From Octopus sinensis (lineage: Eukaryota): a DNA stretch of 64,000 nucleotides. Shown here in pieces: positions 27,331 to 39,792 of this stretch. A model generated the notes under the pieces. It saw nothing but the letters and a program-made list of their open reading frames with translations, had not been told where the DNA came from and ran no database searches. The stretch lies in contig NC_042998.1 in the NCBI RefSeq assembly GCF_006345805.1, positions 115,196,001 through 115,260,000 of the forward strand. Direction: 5' to 3'. The stretch's first letter is position 1. The number at the start of each line of letters is the position of its first letter. Made by a program: the position numbers and the translations under genes.

Positions 27331-27426
27331 AAAATAATGTTAAGGATTTTGTCCAGCGTGCTAACGATAGTGTCAGTTCACCATTTAATAATTACTAACA
27401 AGAGCACTTAGAGAAAGCAAACCTCC

Positions 27427-28209
27427 ACCAAAAAAACGTCGAACACAATGAGAAACGAAAACATAAATACAAAACCAAGGAAATGGACATTAATTTATTA
27501 TATGACGGAACGCACGCATCCATTTCTAAGTAAGATTGTTCTTAATATTAATAATGATGCGCACTCTTAACCTTTCTCTCCCCTCCCTTTCTCAGCCTTC
27601 ATTCTTTTGGCTTTCCTTTTCATCTACCTTACTGTCTCTCCCTCTCTCTCCCATTCTTCATTCTTTTCTCTACAACCATTCCCTTTTTCTCTCCCTTTCT
27701 CTTACTCCTCCTCCTCCCTCCCGTCGCGGTCACGTGATGAGATGGCTACCACTGTCTTTCTTCTCCTGGCTTCCTTCAAGTAGAGACGGTAAAATCTGTT
27801 GCTCCCTGCCGTTCTCAAAAAATAGCGTTCGTAAAATTTTTTTTTTATCTCGTTTGGCTTAACAGCCCTTCTTGTTTGTGTTACTGTTATTCTCCGTGTC
27901 CTGTCTTTTACTGTTTATATTTTGTACTGTCGTTACTGTCCTGTTTTTGTTACCATTTTTACCCCTCCGCAAAAAAATCTCAAATTTTATTTAATTTGAA
28001 TTTCGCGGGAAGGAAAGTTTTATTGAAGTCACGTATCGTCTTGACCTTCGAAACGTGGAGTAGATGAAACTAAGGCGACTGAAGAAGGGGAATTTTCCTT
28101 GTTTTGTTTGTCCTGTACTCTATTTTTTCGTTGTTTAAAAGAAATGTCCATTTCCTTGGTTTTGTGTTTATGTTTTCGTTTCTCATTGTGTTCGGCGTTT
28201 TTTTTTGGT
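27427..28209. mobile_element. Element with about 65-bp inverted ends, class uncertain
   Basis: ACCAAAAAAACG(T/C)CGAACACAATGAGAAACGAAAACATAAA(T/C)ACAAAACCAAGGAAATGGACATT at 27427-27491, inverted at 28143-28209. Confidence 0.55.
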
Positions 28210-29205
28210 GTCCTGTACCCATATATGCATGTATATATACATGTAGAGGTAGGTACGTACATATATGTATGTATATATGCATATGTTTTATTTATTAATT
28301 TTTTATATATATATAGTTATATAAGTAACTATATGACTGTATGTGTGTGTAAGTATAGATGCAGGTGTTTGTGTATGTATGTGAGGTTGACGGAATTAAT
28401 ATGCCAGTATATTGTTGCTTTAATCTTAATTAGTTGGGTAGCTCGTTAATGAAATATTTAAAAAATCAATTTACATCAGATGTTAATCTCCGTCAGCTGA
28501 AGCAAACAGACGCTAAGATAATCAATACAAGCTTTTCTGTTAAAATATTAATTTATACCTTGCTTACACCTAGCCTTTAAAGGATTAGTGTAAATCTAAG
28601 GAGGTAACAAGAATTACTTTGATAATAAGTATTCTTGATCAGGGCTGATCTAGAAGTAAACAAGGACCAGAATAGCTGGTTCTCTGCTTGCGTGACAAAG
28701 AGGAAACCAAAATCACGTTGCCTGACCGGTAAGAAATATTAGCCATATTTTATACAAATCATAGCCTGCCTGAGAAAAGATGCTTTGGTACATGTAGTTC
28801 TAAACAGTTTCTGATTTAGGTACGTGGCTAGCAATATTCAGAGGAAGGGTTGGTCTATACCATTGATCCGATAACTTAATTGTTGCTTTATTTTATCGAC
28901 CTGGGTTGAATTTGAACTCAACAAAAAGAGACGTAACAAATACTGCACAGCAGTTGCTGACCCTCAAATGATTCTACCAGCTTACCGTAGTCCTAAATAG
29001 AATCAGTTTTGATCTAGTATAAAACAACAACAGCAACTAAAAAACAATAGAAATACCGTTGGTTTACACCTGATCATTGAGTTTGCCAGGAATGCTGAAT
29101 TCGCTCCCTCCTCACAAGGAATAAAACTGTGTCTCCAGCAGACTCTATGTAAATGTTCGACGCATAAGTATACAATCTACTGTGTTAATAGCGAAACGTC
29201 ATTTA

Positions 29206-29421
29206 CGAGGGGTGCTGAAAAGTTCCTACCTTTAAGGGTAACGTGAAAGGCCTAGTTGGAGGCCCAAACTTCTGAGATCTTTTACAGGGATTAGAAAAAC
29301 TGAAATATTGCTGCAATAAGTGTGTCGATCTGAGAAGAGAATATGCTGAATAAAATAATAATTAACTGATCCTCCTGTATTTTCTTTTACCCTAAGCCAA
29401 GAACTTTTCAACACCCTTTCG
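29206..29421 (+). mobile_element. Mariner-derived MITE (216 bp)
   Basis: TA|CGAGGGGTGCTGAAAAGTTC ... GAACTTTTCAACACCCTTTCG|TA; retains the NKCVDLRREYAE* transposase C-terminus. Confidence 0.8.
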
Positions 29422-29518
29422 TATGATAGCATGCCCCTATTATACATTTTGTATTATGATTAGATTTAATGGGTGATTGCAACAGATGTCACCTACCTGC
29501 TCAATAAGTACTAACGAG

Positions 29519-30059
29519 AAGGCGGTGAGCTGGCAGAAACATTAGCACGCCGAGCGAAATGCGTAGCCGTATTTTGTCTGCCGTTACGTTCTGAGTTCAA
29601 ATTCCGCTGAGGTCGACATTGCCTTTCATCCTTTCGGGGTCGATTAAATTAAGTACCAGTTACGCGCTGGGGTCGATATAATCGACTTAATCCGTCTGTC
29701 TGTCCTTGTTTGTCTCCTCTGTGTTTAGCCCCTTGTGGGTAATAAAGAAATAGGTATTTCGTCTGCCGCTATGTTCTGAGTTCAAATTCCGCCGAGGTCG
29801 ACTTTGCCTTTCATGCTTTCGGGGTCGATTAAATAAGTACCAGTTACGCACTGGGGTCGATATAATCGACTTAATCCGTTTGTCCTCTCTGTGGTTAGTA
29901 AAGAAATATGTATTTCGTCTGTCTTTATGCTCTGAGTTCAAACTCGGCCTTTCATCCTTTCGGGGTCGATAAATTAAGTACCAGTTGTGTATTTGGGTCG
30001 ATCTAATCGACTGCCCCTCCTCTCCAAAAATATCGGGACTTATGCTATGAGTAGAAAAA
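29519..30059 (+). mobile_element. SINE family B concatemer (3 units)
   Basis: Full head, tail B, junctions at 29753/4 and 29909/10, tail A last; TSD AATAAGT(A/G)CTA(A/T)CGAG at 29503-18 and 30060-75. Confidence 0.85.
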
Positions 30060-31578
30060 AATAAGTGCTATCGAGTTCATCAACTAAAAGTAGGACATTT
30101 AGAAAGTTGGACGTATAAAACAACCACTATCTCAAGGAACCTTCTTTCCATTTCTTTGTCTGTTCTGTCTGTCTGCCTCTCCCTTTCTCTCTCTCTCTCT
30201 CTTTCTTTCTCTCTATAAATGTGTACATGTGGTGAGGGTAGAGAGAAAGATACATAGTTATTTGTTTGTGTGTATGTATGCTCATATGAATATGTACATA
30301 TGTGTATGTATTTATCTTTCATCTAGTCACTCACTCACTTTCACTCTGTTACTTTGTGTGTGTGCGTGTGAGTTTGTCCTGACACAGAGAGATGAGGCAA
30401 TCTAAACGAAAGAACAAGAAAAACAAATGGATGCCATAGAGAGCAGCAACACACTTCCAGATGTTATCTTTGTTTATGTTCCTGGTAGTACTTGAAGAAC
30501 TTATTTCAATCGAATACATATGTGTAACGATATTTGGATACACAAATTATCCAGTTTCGCATCGACAGTACTGGAGACTTCACTGTTCAAATGTAATTTA
30601 TACCTTATCAAATATTCTAGTTCGACCTTACCGTGTGGGATTTAGTTTTTTAGTTTAGGATACAGGTGTCAGCAACACAAACACACACACTCACGGTGTG
30701 AAATGTAGCTTCATTTATTGGGGTGAGGTGTTACAAATGTTGAGATATACGTATGAAAAAATTGCTCGTATATTTTGTGAACGCTCGGAAAATGGTTTAC
30801 ATTTTGTGGAAATATAGTAGTGATTCTGAGCAATTTTCAACTGAGAAAGCTGCGGGACCCACTAATGGGAACATAATTTGAACCTGTTCTTCAGTTTGGA
30901 AGATTGACAAATTAAAAATTTATTTTGAATATGGTACTAGTGTGGTACCTTAACAGAATCGAAAGAACGTTGGAATAAATGTCATGCAACATTTATTCCG
31001 GCTGTTTACATTCTGAGTTCAAATCTGACTGAGATCATTTTATGCTTCGCGGGGTCAATGAAATAAACTAAGAGACAAGTACCTAGATTACTGTAACCAA
31101 CTAGTCCTCTTGTTCAAAAATTCCTGCGAAATGGCAGAATTGTTAGAACGCCGAACGAAAAAAAGAAGGGGCATATAGCATGTGTTTCAGATCTTCACGT
31201 TGTAAGTTCAAATCCTGCCGAGCTCAATGAATATTTTGAAAATTCACAATTTGTACATGAAACGATGATATAATCTTCGTGTATTAACTTCAACATAGGA
31301 GTCGACGAGAAATGAAAAGCTTACTTTGTTGTTTATATACAACTCTGTAGTATAACGTAAAAAAAATATGCTGATAGTTTGTAATGCAAGGAAAACAAAT
31401 TGGGTTCTGCATATACTGAAACATATGTGCATATTTTTCTGCACTTGTATGTGTAGGATTGTGTATTTATATGTGTTTGTGAGACAGATGTCGAGTAGAA
31501 CGTAATGACATACATCCTTATATTTGTGTTTCGATATGTTGTGATGAGTTTGCTTGATTATTTGCAATTCTGGCCATG

Positions 31579-31621
<43 letters not shown>

Positions 31622-32504
31622 CTGTCTATATGTGTATGTGCGTGTGTTTATTTATCTGTTTGCATGTATTGATACACATTAAGTCTGACTCATGAATCAT
31701 TTATCCATCTCCTTCTTGTTTTCTCTTTCCTTTCTCTTTCTCTCTTCCGCTCCCCCACCCCCACTTTCTCTCTTTCCATTTCTCTCCTTTCTCTCTCTCT
31801 TTCTCTCATCTCTCTCCTTCTCACTCGCTTTTGTCAACACAACATTCCGTGACACAGTGTCACAAACATGAGCTGAAAAAATAGAATTGGTTGAAAGTCG
31901 ATGTCTTCACCTGTGCAGATCGGTTGGGTCCGTCACGAAATTGATCTGTTTAATGGAAAGACATGGTTTGTGAAATATCCTCAATTCTACCCCCATTGAT
32001 TTCCATGTGAGCTATTAGAGGAGAATCCGTGAGTTGCTAGCAGCGATTTTGTCACACAGTGTCAAGCTGTCTTCTGGGGTCTTTATTTATGTATTTATTT
32101 ATTTCTGTATTTCTCGTTTCTTAGTCGGTGGCTAATAGCAATCTCCACACGTTGTTTGTACTACTTGCAGACGAGTAGTTAATGCTAGCATGTTTATAAA
32201 TACACTGATATGTATATACACAATACTTCTTGTCTGCTATACATTCGTAATCTGCTTAAAGTTTAACAATAATTATTAGAGGCGTATATATGTTTACGCA
32301 TGTCCTGTTGTGTTTACAGCATACAAACGTTCAGATATCAACCTTATGTATTTATTTCTATAACAAATTTAACGTTGTATATGGTATATTTATGTAAACT
32401 ATAGAATGATTGCTCATTATACGAATTATATTATGTTTCTATCATATCTTGATATGCATATCCAAATTCTTTACTCTTTCGCTCTCTCTCTACTCTCTGT
32501 TTCT

Positions 32505-32536
<32 letters not shown>

Positions 32537-33407
32537 TTCTCAGCATGCATTATACATGTTTTGTGTGGGGTGCGTGCATGAAAACAAGAAATACATGAAA
32601 ACATTGTTAATAAACGTGTAGTTAACCAACGACCCACTTTTACAACATCACTATTGCTCATTGTTAACTCTATATATTTGCCCTTTCCTGTAATTAACAT
32701 AGCAATATTACTAAAACTCTAGTTTTAGCAACACATCAGTGTTATCAACACATCTGAATATACTATCAACATAAAAATCCCATTTTAGCAATATATAACT
32801 AATTAAATAACCAAATATATTAACAGAATGTTCTAGAAAGTACAAGTAGTTGACTGCCTTTCCTTTCTAGGCCAGAATTATTAAACGAACGATCGTCTTT
32901 CTCCTCCTTAAGAATGTAAATTAAAATTAAGATATTTTGGCCACTACAATAATGTATATTAGTAAGTACATAATTATATATATATATATATATATATATT
33001 TTTGTGCAGGAAACATCTTTGCGTAATTTTTCCTCCTTTCCCCGACTTTCTTCTGAAAGTTTTCATTGTTGTAAATATTGCAATCTAGCAGTGAAAGGTT
33101 TTAGCTATTCAAATATGCCGAGATGATATTGGTGATGGAAATGCTATCTCTGAGACACTATGGAAAAAAAAAGGACAAACACTCCCCCGAGTGGGACCGC
33201 AACTACATAATATATTTAATGCATTTGCTACCACCAGAAAATAAACCGTCAACACCCAAACGAAAATTACTTCTATCTCCAACGGTTAATGAAAATATAC
33301 CTACCACCAAAACAGCTACCACACTCAACCACCACTACATAAAAATTCAACTGTGTAAAAAAATGATCATTCCACATAAAACCAGCGTCACGAGCTAAAC
33401 TATTATT

Positions 33408-34009
33408 CTTTTCTACGATAGGCACAATGCCTAAAATTTGGGAGGAGAGGGGCAGTCGATTAGATCGACCTCAGAACGCAACTGATACTTAATTTATCGA
33501 CCTCGAAAGGATGAATGACAAAGTCGACCTCGCCGAAATTTGAACTCAGAACGTAAAGACAGACGAAACACCGCTAAGCATTTCACTCGGCGTGCTAAAG
33601 CTTCTTATTTCTTTATTGCCCACAAGGAGCTAAACATAGAGGGGACAAACAAGGACAGACAAAGGGATTAAGTCGATTATATCGATCCCAGTACTTAATT
33701 AATCGACTCCCGAAAGGATGAAAGGCAAAATCAACCTCTATGGAATTCGAACTCAGAACATAGCAGACGAAATACCTATTTCTTTATTACCCACAAGGGG
33801 CTAAACATAGAGGGGACAAACAAGGACAGACATAGGTATTAAGTCGATTATATCGACCCCAGTGCGTAACTGGTACTTAATTTATCGACCCCGAAAGGAT
33901 GAAAGGCAAAGTCGACCTCGGCGGAATTTGAACTCACAACGTAACGACAGACGAAATACCGCTAAGCATTTCGCCAGGCGTGCTAACGATTCTGCTAGCT
34001 CGCCGCCTT
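33408..34009 (-). mobile_element. SINE family B concatemer (3 units)
   Basis: TSD AC(G/A)AGCTAAA(C/T)TATTATT at 33390-33407 and 34010-34027. Confidence 0.85.
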
Positions 34010-35129
34010 ACAAGCTAAATTATTATTGCCACAACCAACACCACAACTATGACAATGAAATCATTATCTCCTAAAATAAAAAATGTGTTCATCATTCTGA
34101 AAAAAACAGAATTTCCTCAAACGTAGAAGATAAATAGGTAATTATATGTGCATCTGATTTTTGTTATATATATATTTCGAGTATATAAACTTTGTTTCAT
34201 TCTTTATTAGTTTCATGTTTTGGTACTAAGCCAGCAATTTCGGGTGAGGATTAAATCGATCTCGGTGGTTAACTGGTGCTTATTTTACCTACCCCGAAAG
34301 GATGAAAGGCAAATTAGATCTCGGTGGCATTTGGACTCAGAACACAAAGACAGATGAAATGCCACTAAGCATGTTCTCCGGCGTGCTAATGATTCTGCCA
34401 GCTCACAATCTTGTTTCATTTTTTATTACCAAGACACTGTCATAGAACTGTATAAGCTTATTTACCATTAAGAATTTATCACATATGTGATAATCTGCTA
34501 TGAGTTTAGACGAACCGAAAAGTGTTATATTTATACTGGCACGAATTTTTTTTCTTGTGCGGATAACGCGTCGTAGATTTTAGTGAGTGCTTCTTTCTAT
34601 GCCATGAAGGCCCAAGAAAGAATAAACGTCACTTCAAGTTCTTTTGTCGTTAGGTTACTGGTCTGTAAATGACCCATGCGACAGGTGTATAGGTTGGTAA
34701 CTGCGTCGGAAAATGACAGGAAAAGATACATACCATCGATCTAGCCCAATAAAAAGATAATTATATTTACATCTGTTTTGTGCAATACATTTTCAAGTTC
34801 TAAAACTGTGTTTCATGTTTTATCATGTGGACTATTCGACAGGTCTGGAGTATTTTATTCACAATAAATATTTTATAGAACACTTTTGTTATAACGTGCC
34901 TGATACGTTTATATGAATCGAGAAGTACTATATCGGATATTCGCATGTCTAATTTCACGTATACACACACACACACAAAGACACACCACTACACGCATAC
35001 AGATGTACACACACGAGTCTTTCCTTTTAACTTCATATTTGAGTTCTTATGTATATATGTGCATATGTATGTGTACATATGCATGTATATATATAAGTAT
35101 ATAATATGACTGTATTTACATAGACACCA

Positions 35130-35451
35130 GTATTTGTGCATACATATATATATACACGCATATATGTATATATACATACATGCATATATATATATATATA
35201 TACATATACATACATGCATCTATGCATATATATATACATACATGCATCTATGCATATATATATATATATATACATACATGCATCTATGCATATATATATA
35301 TATATAATACATACATGCATCTATGCATATATATATATATATACATACATGCATCTACGTATATATACATATATATATACATATACATACATGCATCTAT
35401 GCATATATATATATATACATACATATATATATATACATTCATGCATCTACG

Positions 35452-35530
<79 letters not shown>

Positions 35531-35535
35531 GTATT
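35130..35535. repeat. Compound (TA)n minisatellite with recurrent CATACATGCATCTATG units
   Basis: The unit recurs about 6 times, separated by TA runs of variable length. Confidence 0.8.
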
Positions 35536-37371
35536 GGATTAAATGTCCTTTCTTTGATATATAAACTTTTCCGATACAAAAAACCTGTCTATGTTAGAGA
35601 AAATTATACTTCTACCATTGCAATATATTTTCTATGCATTTTATTTTCTGCTTACAACGATGGACTATAATTTCTCTTGGCGTGTAAGAGACTATCATTC
35701 TATTTTATCTCTTTCACATTGATAATTATGAAAGTTCTAAGTCAGTAGTAGCGAAGATGTGGGTTTGCTTCATGAAATAGCTTAGTTAAAACAGGAAGAA
35801 AGGCGCTTGTAACTTTCTAATAGGACTTGGATACTGTTGGAGAAGAATCAACAGCTCATATGTTTTTTGTATTAGGAAATAGAGTATCAAGGTGCCGAGT
35901 TGTGCTTAGATAAGATACATTGGCTTGAGACGTCTAACATACTGAAAGACTTGTACAAAGGTTGTATACTTCAAACCATAATCCCCCTACACACACAAGT
36001 ATAACTCGAAAGATTGCACCATACTTTTGTTATTGTTTTAGGTAACTATATAGTCATATGCATACATTGACCTTTCTTTGCTCTCCTAGCCTAGGCACAT
36101 CGGATCATCTGGATTGTGACAGTTGGAGAAAGCGAGAACAATGCACCAGTACAGAGCTGGTACTCTTTGTCATCTGAGTGGAATCTAGTAGCGTAAAATT
36201 TGTTTAAGTACACTATATGCCGTTCGGTGAGAGATTCAACTCTAGAATCTTATGACCGTGAGTTCAAAACTGTAACAATTGGGACGCGTGTCTTCATACG
36301 CACCAGACTTTGCTAAATCGAAAGTGGGGGAAAAAGAGTGAGAGAGAGAATGAGAGGGAGAGAAAGAAAGACAGAGTCCGCGATGGCGAAATAAACGTTT
36401 TTGCTACTTAACCAACTCTTGACTAATTAAGTTGATATGCAGGAATGGATACACACATGCTGCCAGTTGCGTGTTGGTATATACAATTAAAGAAAAAAAT
36501 TTATGATATTTAACAGTAATATGAATTAATTAGTTCTCCCGCTCTCGTTTCTCTCTCTCTCTTTCTAGTATCGTAAGCCCAAAACGTTCATTTTTCAGAA
36601 AACGAAGAGATAGATTCAGCATTCCATTTCTTTTTTACATTAGCAATAGTTTCAGCTTAACAATAATACTTTTTTGGTGCATAAAATCGTAATTCCGTGC
36701 GTGTATAATATTTTCAGTCAGAAATATTTTCGCAAAACTGTCGTATGTGGGACTTACTACACTTTTATAAAATGTTAAACAGTTGTACTACATTTCGACA
36801 ATTTTCATATCTTGGCATCTGAACCAGCTGGAGATACAATAGTTTGACCAAAAGTACCGGCTATTGCAAGCAAAATTAAATTTTGAAAAAAAAAAAAAAC
36901 ACATTTGGCTAATTTTGGACATAGGCAGTTTAACATAATAGCAACGATATATGTTTATATACGTTTGTACACACACGTACACACACAAATAATTGGGGCT
37001 GTAATCCTGTGTGTGCGTGTGTATTTTTGTCGTCCATGTCTGTTTTTATGATTATATAAATCTGAAACCGGTGTGGTTCATTATGCTGAAGCACTTTCTA
37101 TTAGCGATGCAACAGAGGCCGAGAAAATATTAGTCTCAAACATTGGCACAAGACTGGCAAGTTCGGTCTAAGTTGACAAATCGATTACATTAACCCCAGT
37201 GCTCTACTGGCACTTATTTTATCAACGCCGAGAGGATAAAAAGCAAGCTTGACCTCGGCGCAATTTGAACTCAGAACGTAGGACTTAAAGACAGACGAAA
37301 TGCCGCTAAGCAGTCTGCGCGGCGTGCTAGCGATTCTGGCAGCTCACTGCCTTAGACATCGAGAAAATATT

Positions 37372-37528
37372 TATTTCTTTATTGCCCAAAGGGGACAAAC
37401 AGGGACAGACAAAGGAATTAAGTAGATTACATTGATCCAGTGCGTAACTGGTACTTATTTAATCGACCCCGAAATGTTGAAAGGGGAAGTTGATCTCGGC
37501 GGGATTTGAACTCAGGACGTAATGGCAA
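37372..37528 (-). mobile_element. 5'-truncated SINE family B monomer (tail B)
   Basis: Perfect 16-bp TSD ACATCGAGAAAATATT at 37356-71 and 37529-44; abuts a tail-A copy at 37140-37354. Confidence 0.85.
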
Positions 37529-37821
37529 ACATCGAGAAAATATTAAGCAGATACTTGCGACTCAGTTATCTTTGATCATAAATCTCCTCAATCAGGGTTC
37601 ACTCGACGTCAGTGAAGAATATCAATACATTGTTCAATATTTTTACTCCAGCATGAATACAAGTTGACATTGAACATAATGTTAATAGTTAAGGAGTCTG
37701 GGTAAATTGATTTCACATCCTACAAAGAATTCTAGTTAACAATCTTTAATCTTAATTTATCAACTCCATTTATTCACTTTGTGCAATATAACATAGTGCT
37801 GTTGTTTATGTTAGTGTTTCG

Positions 37822-37865
<44 letters not shown>

Positions 37866-37869
37866 ATTA

Positions 37870-38700
37870 TATTACGTTCCTCACACCATATTGTTATATC
37901 CAGCTTATTCCTTCTTGTTATTGGAAAAAGGTTTTCACACCCTAAAAGATCTGCTGCTAGTCCTCCACCGTTTTCTTCTGTTTTGGATAACCATCTTGAC
38001 CTTGACGGACAAACATGATAAACCGTTTACTGCCATCTTCTGCGGTATCTTGCCACCATTGATTTTTTTTTTATCTCTGCCTTTTGTCAACAGAATAGAG
38101 AATTTGGAGGACATCATTGTATAACTTTCCAACGCCATTGAACAGTTAGATAGAATATGCTTTAGCGTGCCAACTATTCCACATCTGAATTTGTCGTCAT
38201 TTCCATCTCAGCATCTCGTGCAAATAGCAGTATATCGTATATGGCTTGAAAAAGGAAACTCAACCACGATGTGATCAGATCTTATCCCAACTCAACTCCA
38301 TTTCAATAACCTTTTCTTGTCCCTTGGTCATCTGACTTTCATACGGGCATCGAATCAAATACAGTTCCCTTTGTTCTGCTTCTCTCGCTTTCGTATAGCC
38401 ACTAACTGCGGTTTTGCGATCCCTCGGTGTCATCATCAAATATAGTTTCAGTGAATTGTAACCAATCCCCTTTTGGTCGCTTTGAATTTCTCCCACTATG
38501 TCTTAGTGTTATGTCATCTATTTCTTTCTCTGAGCACCATTTTTTGCAGTTTTGACCTGCCTATATATTTCAACCTATATTCGATTTGAGCCACAATTTC
38601 TCTCAACGCCCCTAATTTTATCAAATGCGTTTAGCATACCTTTGTCCTAAGCATTTTACAAGTTTATCTTTGGCCGTTGGCATGGTTTCTCCTGTTATTT
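37870..38700 (-). mobile_element. Old RLE-type LINE remnant, HERO-like
   Basis: GETMPTAKDKLVKCLGQRY, QEKVIEMELSWDKI and IMFVRQGQ resemble motifs I recall from HERO/NeSL-group ORFs; many stops. Confidence 0.5.
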
Positions 38701-39102
38701 TGAAATGCACTTGCATCTGCTCACCCTTTTATAAAGGTCAGACTCCGCGACTAAATTTTCTTGAATCGCGTACGCACACACACACATACACATATTGAGT
38801 TACTGGTGAAACATGGATAAAGGAAATTAATGTTTGGGAGATTAAGGTAAATATTTATTTAATTCAATCTTAAACTAACTAATTGTTGTACGAGACGTAA
38901 GTGGCTTGGATTTTTTTATAATGTTGAAAGGCTGATTAGAGTGACCCGATATTCCGGAACTTTTGTTTTCAGAAAAATTCACCCCCTGCTTTCATATATC
39001 AAGAGAGCTTCATTTGTTTTTCTTTGCTTTTCAGTTAATTTTTCTCTATCTGCAAATCTCTTTTGTTAATAAGTGAATAAATTGTTTAATTCGGAAAATA
39101 TT

Positions 39103-39792
39103 CTTTTTTACTCAAGGAACAAGACTCTAAATGTTTCGGGAGGGGGCCCAGTCGATTAGATCGATCCCAGTATGCAACTGGTACTTAATTTATCGACCCC
39201 CGAAAGGATGAAAGGTGGAATTTGAACTCAGAGCATAAAGACAAATAAAATACCTATTTCTTTACTACCCACAAGGGGCTAAACACAGAAGGGACAAACA
39301 AGAACAGACAGACGGATTAAGTCGATTACATCGACCCCAGTGCATAACTGGTACTTATTTAATCAACCCCGAAAGGATGAAAGGCAAAGTAGACCTCGCC
39401 GGAATTTGAACTCAGAACGTAGCGGCAGACGAAATACCGTTAAGCAGTTCATCCGGCGTGCTAACGTTTCTGCCAGCTTGCCGCCTTCGAAAGGATGAAA
39501 GGCAAAGTCGACCTCGGTGGATTTCGAACTCAAAACCTAACGGCAGACGAAATACCTATTTCTATTTCTTTACTACCCACAAGGGGCTAAACACAGAGGG
39601 AACAAACAAGGACAGTCAAAGGGATTAAGTCGATTACACGACCCCAGTGCGTAACTGGTACTTAATTTATCGACCCCGAAAGGATGAAAGGCAAAGTCGA
39701 CCTCGGCGGAATTTGAACTCAGAACGTAACAGCAGACGAAATACGGCTACGCATTTCGCCCGGCGTGCTAACGATTCTGCCAGCTCACCGTC
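39103..39792 (-). mobile_element. SINE family B concatemer (4 units or partial units), with two more tail fragments to about 39990
   Basis: TSD TTTAATTC(G/A)GAAAATATT at 39085-39102 and 39793-39810; junctions near 39252 and 39556. Confidence 0.8.

Noticed and set aside
28040-28090. GAAAC followed by CTGAAGA as a circularly permuted (type II) hammerhead
   Set aside because: No valid UH cleavage triplet with a pairing stem I could be built.
29700-29755. HDV-like ribozyme in SINE tail B (GCCCCTTGTGGG) as the cause of the fixed junction
   Set aside because: I could not place P1, P1.1 and P2 in the required nested order.
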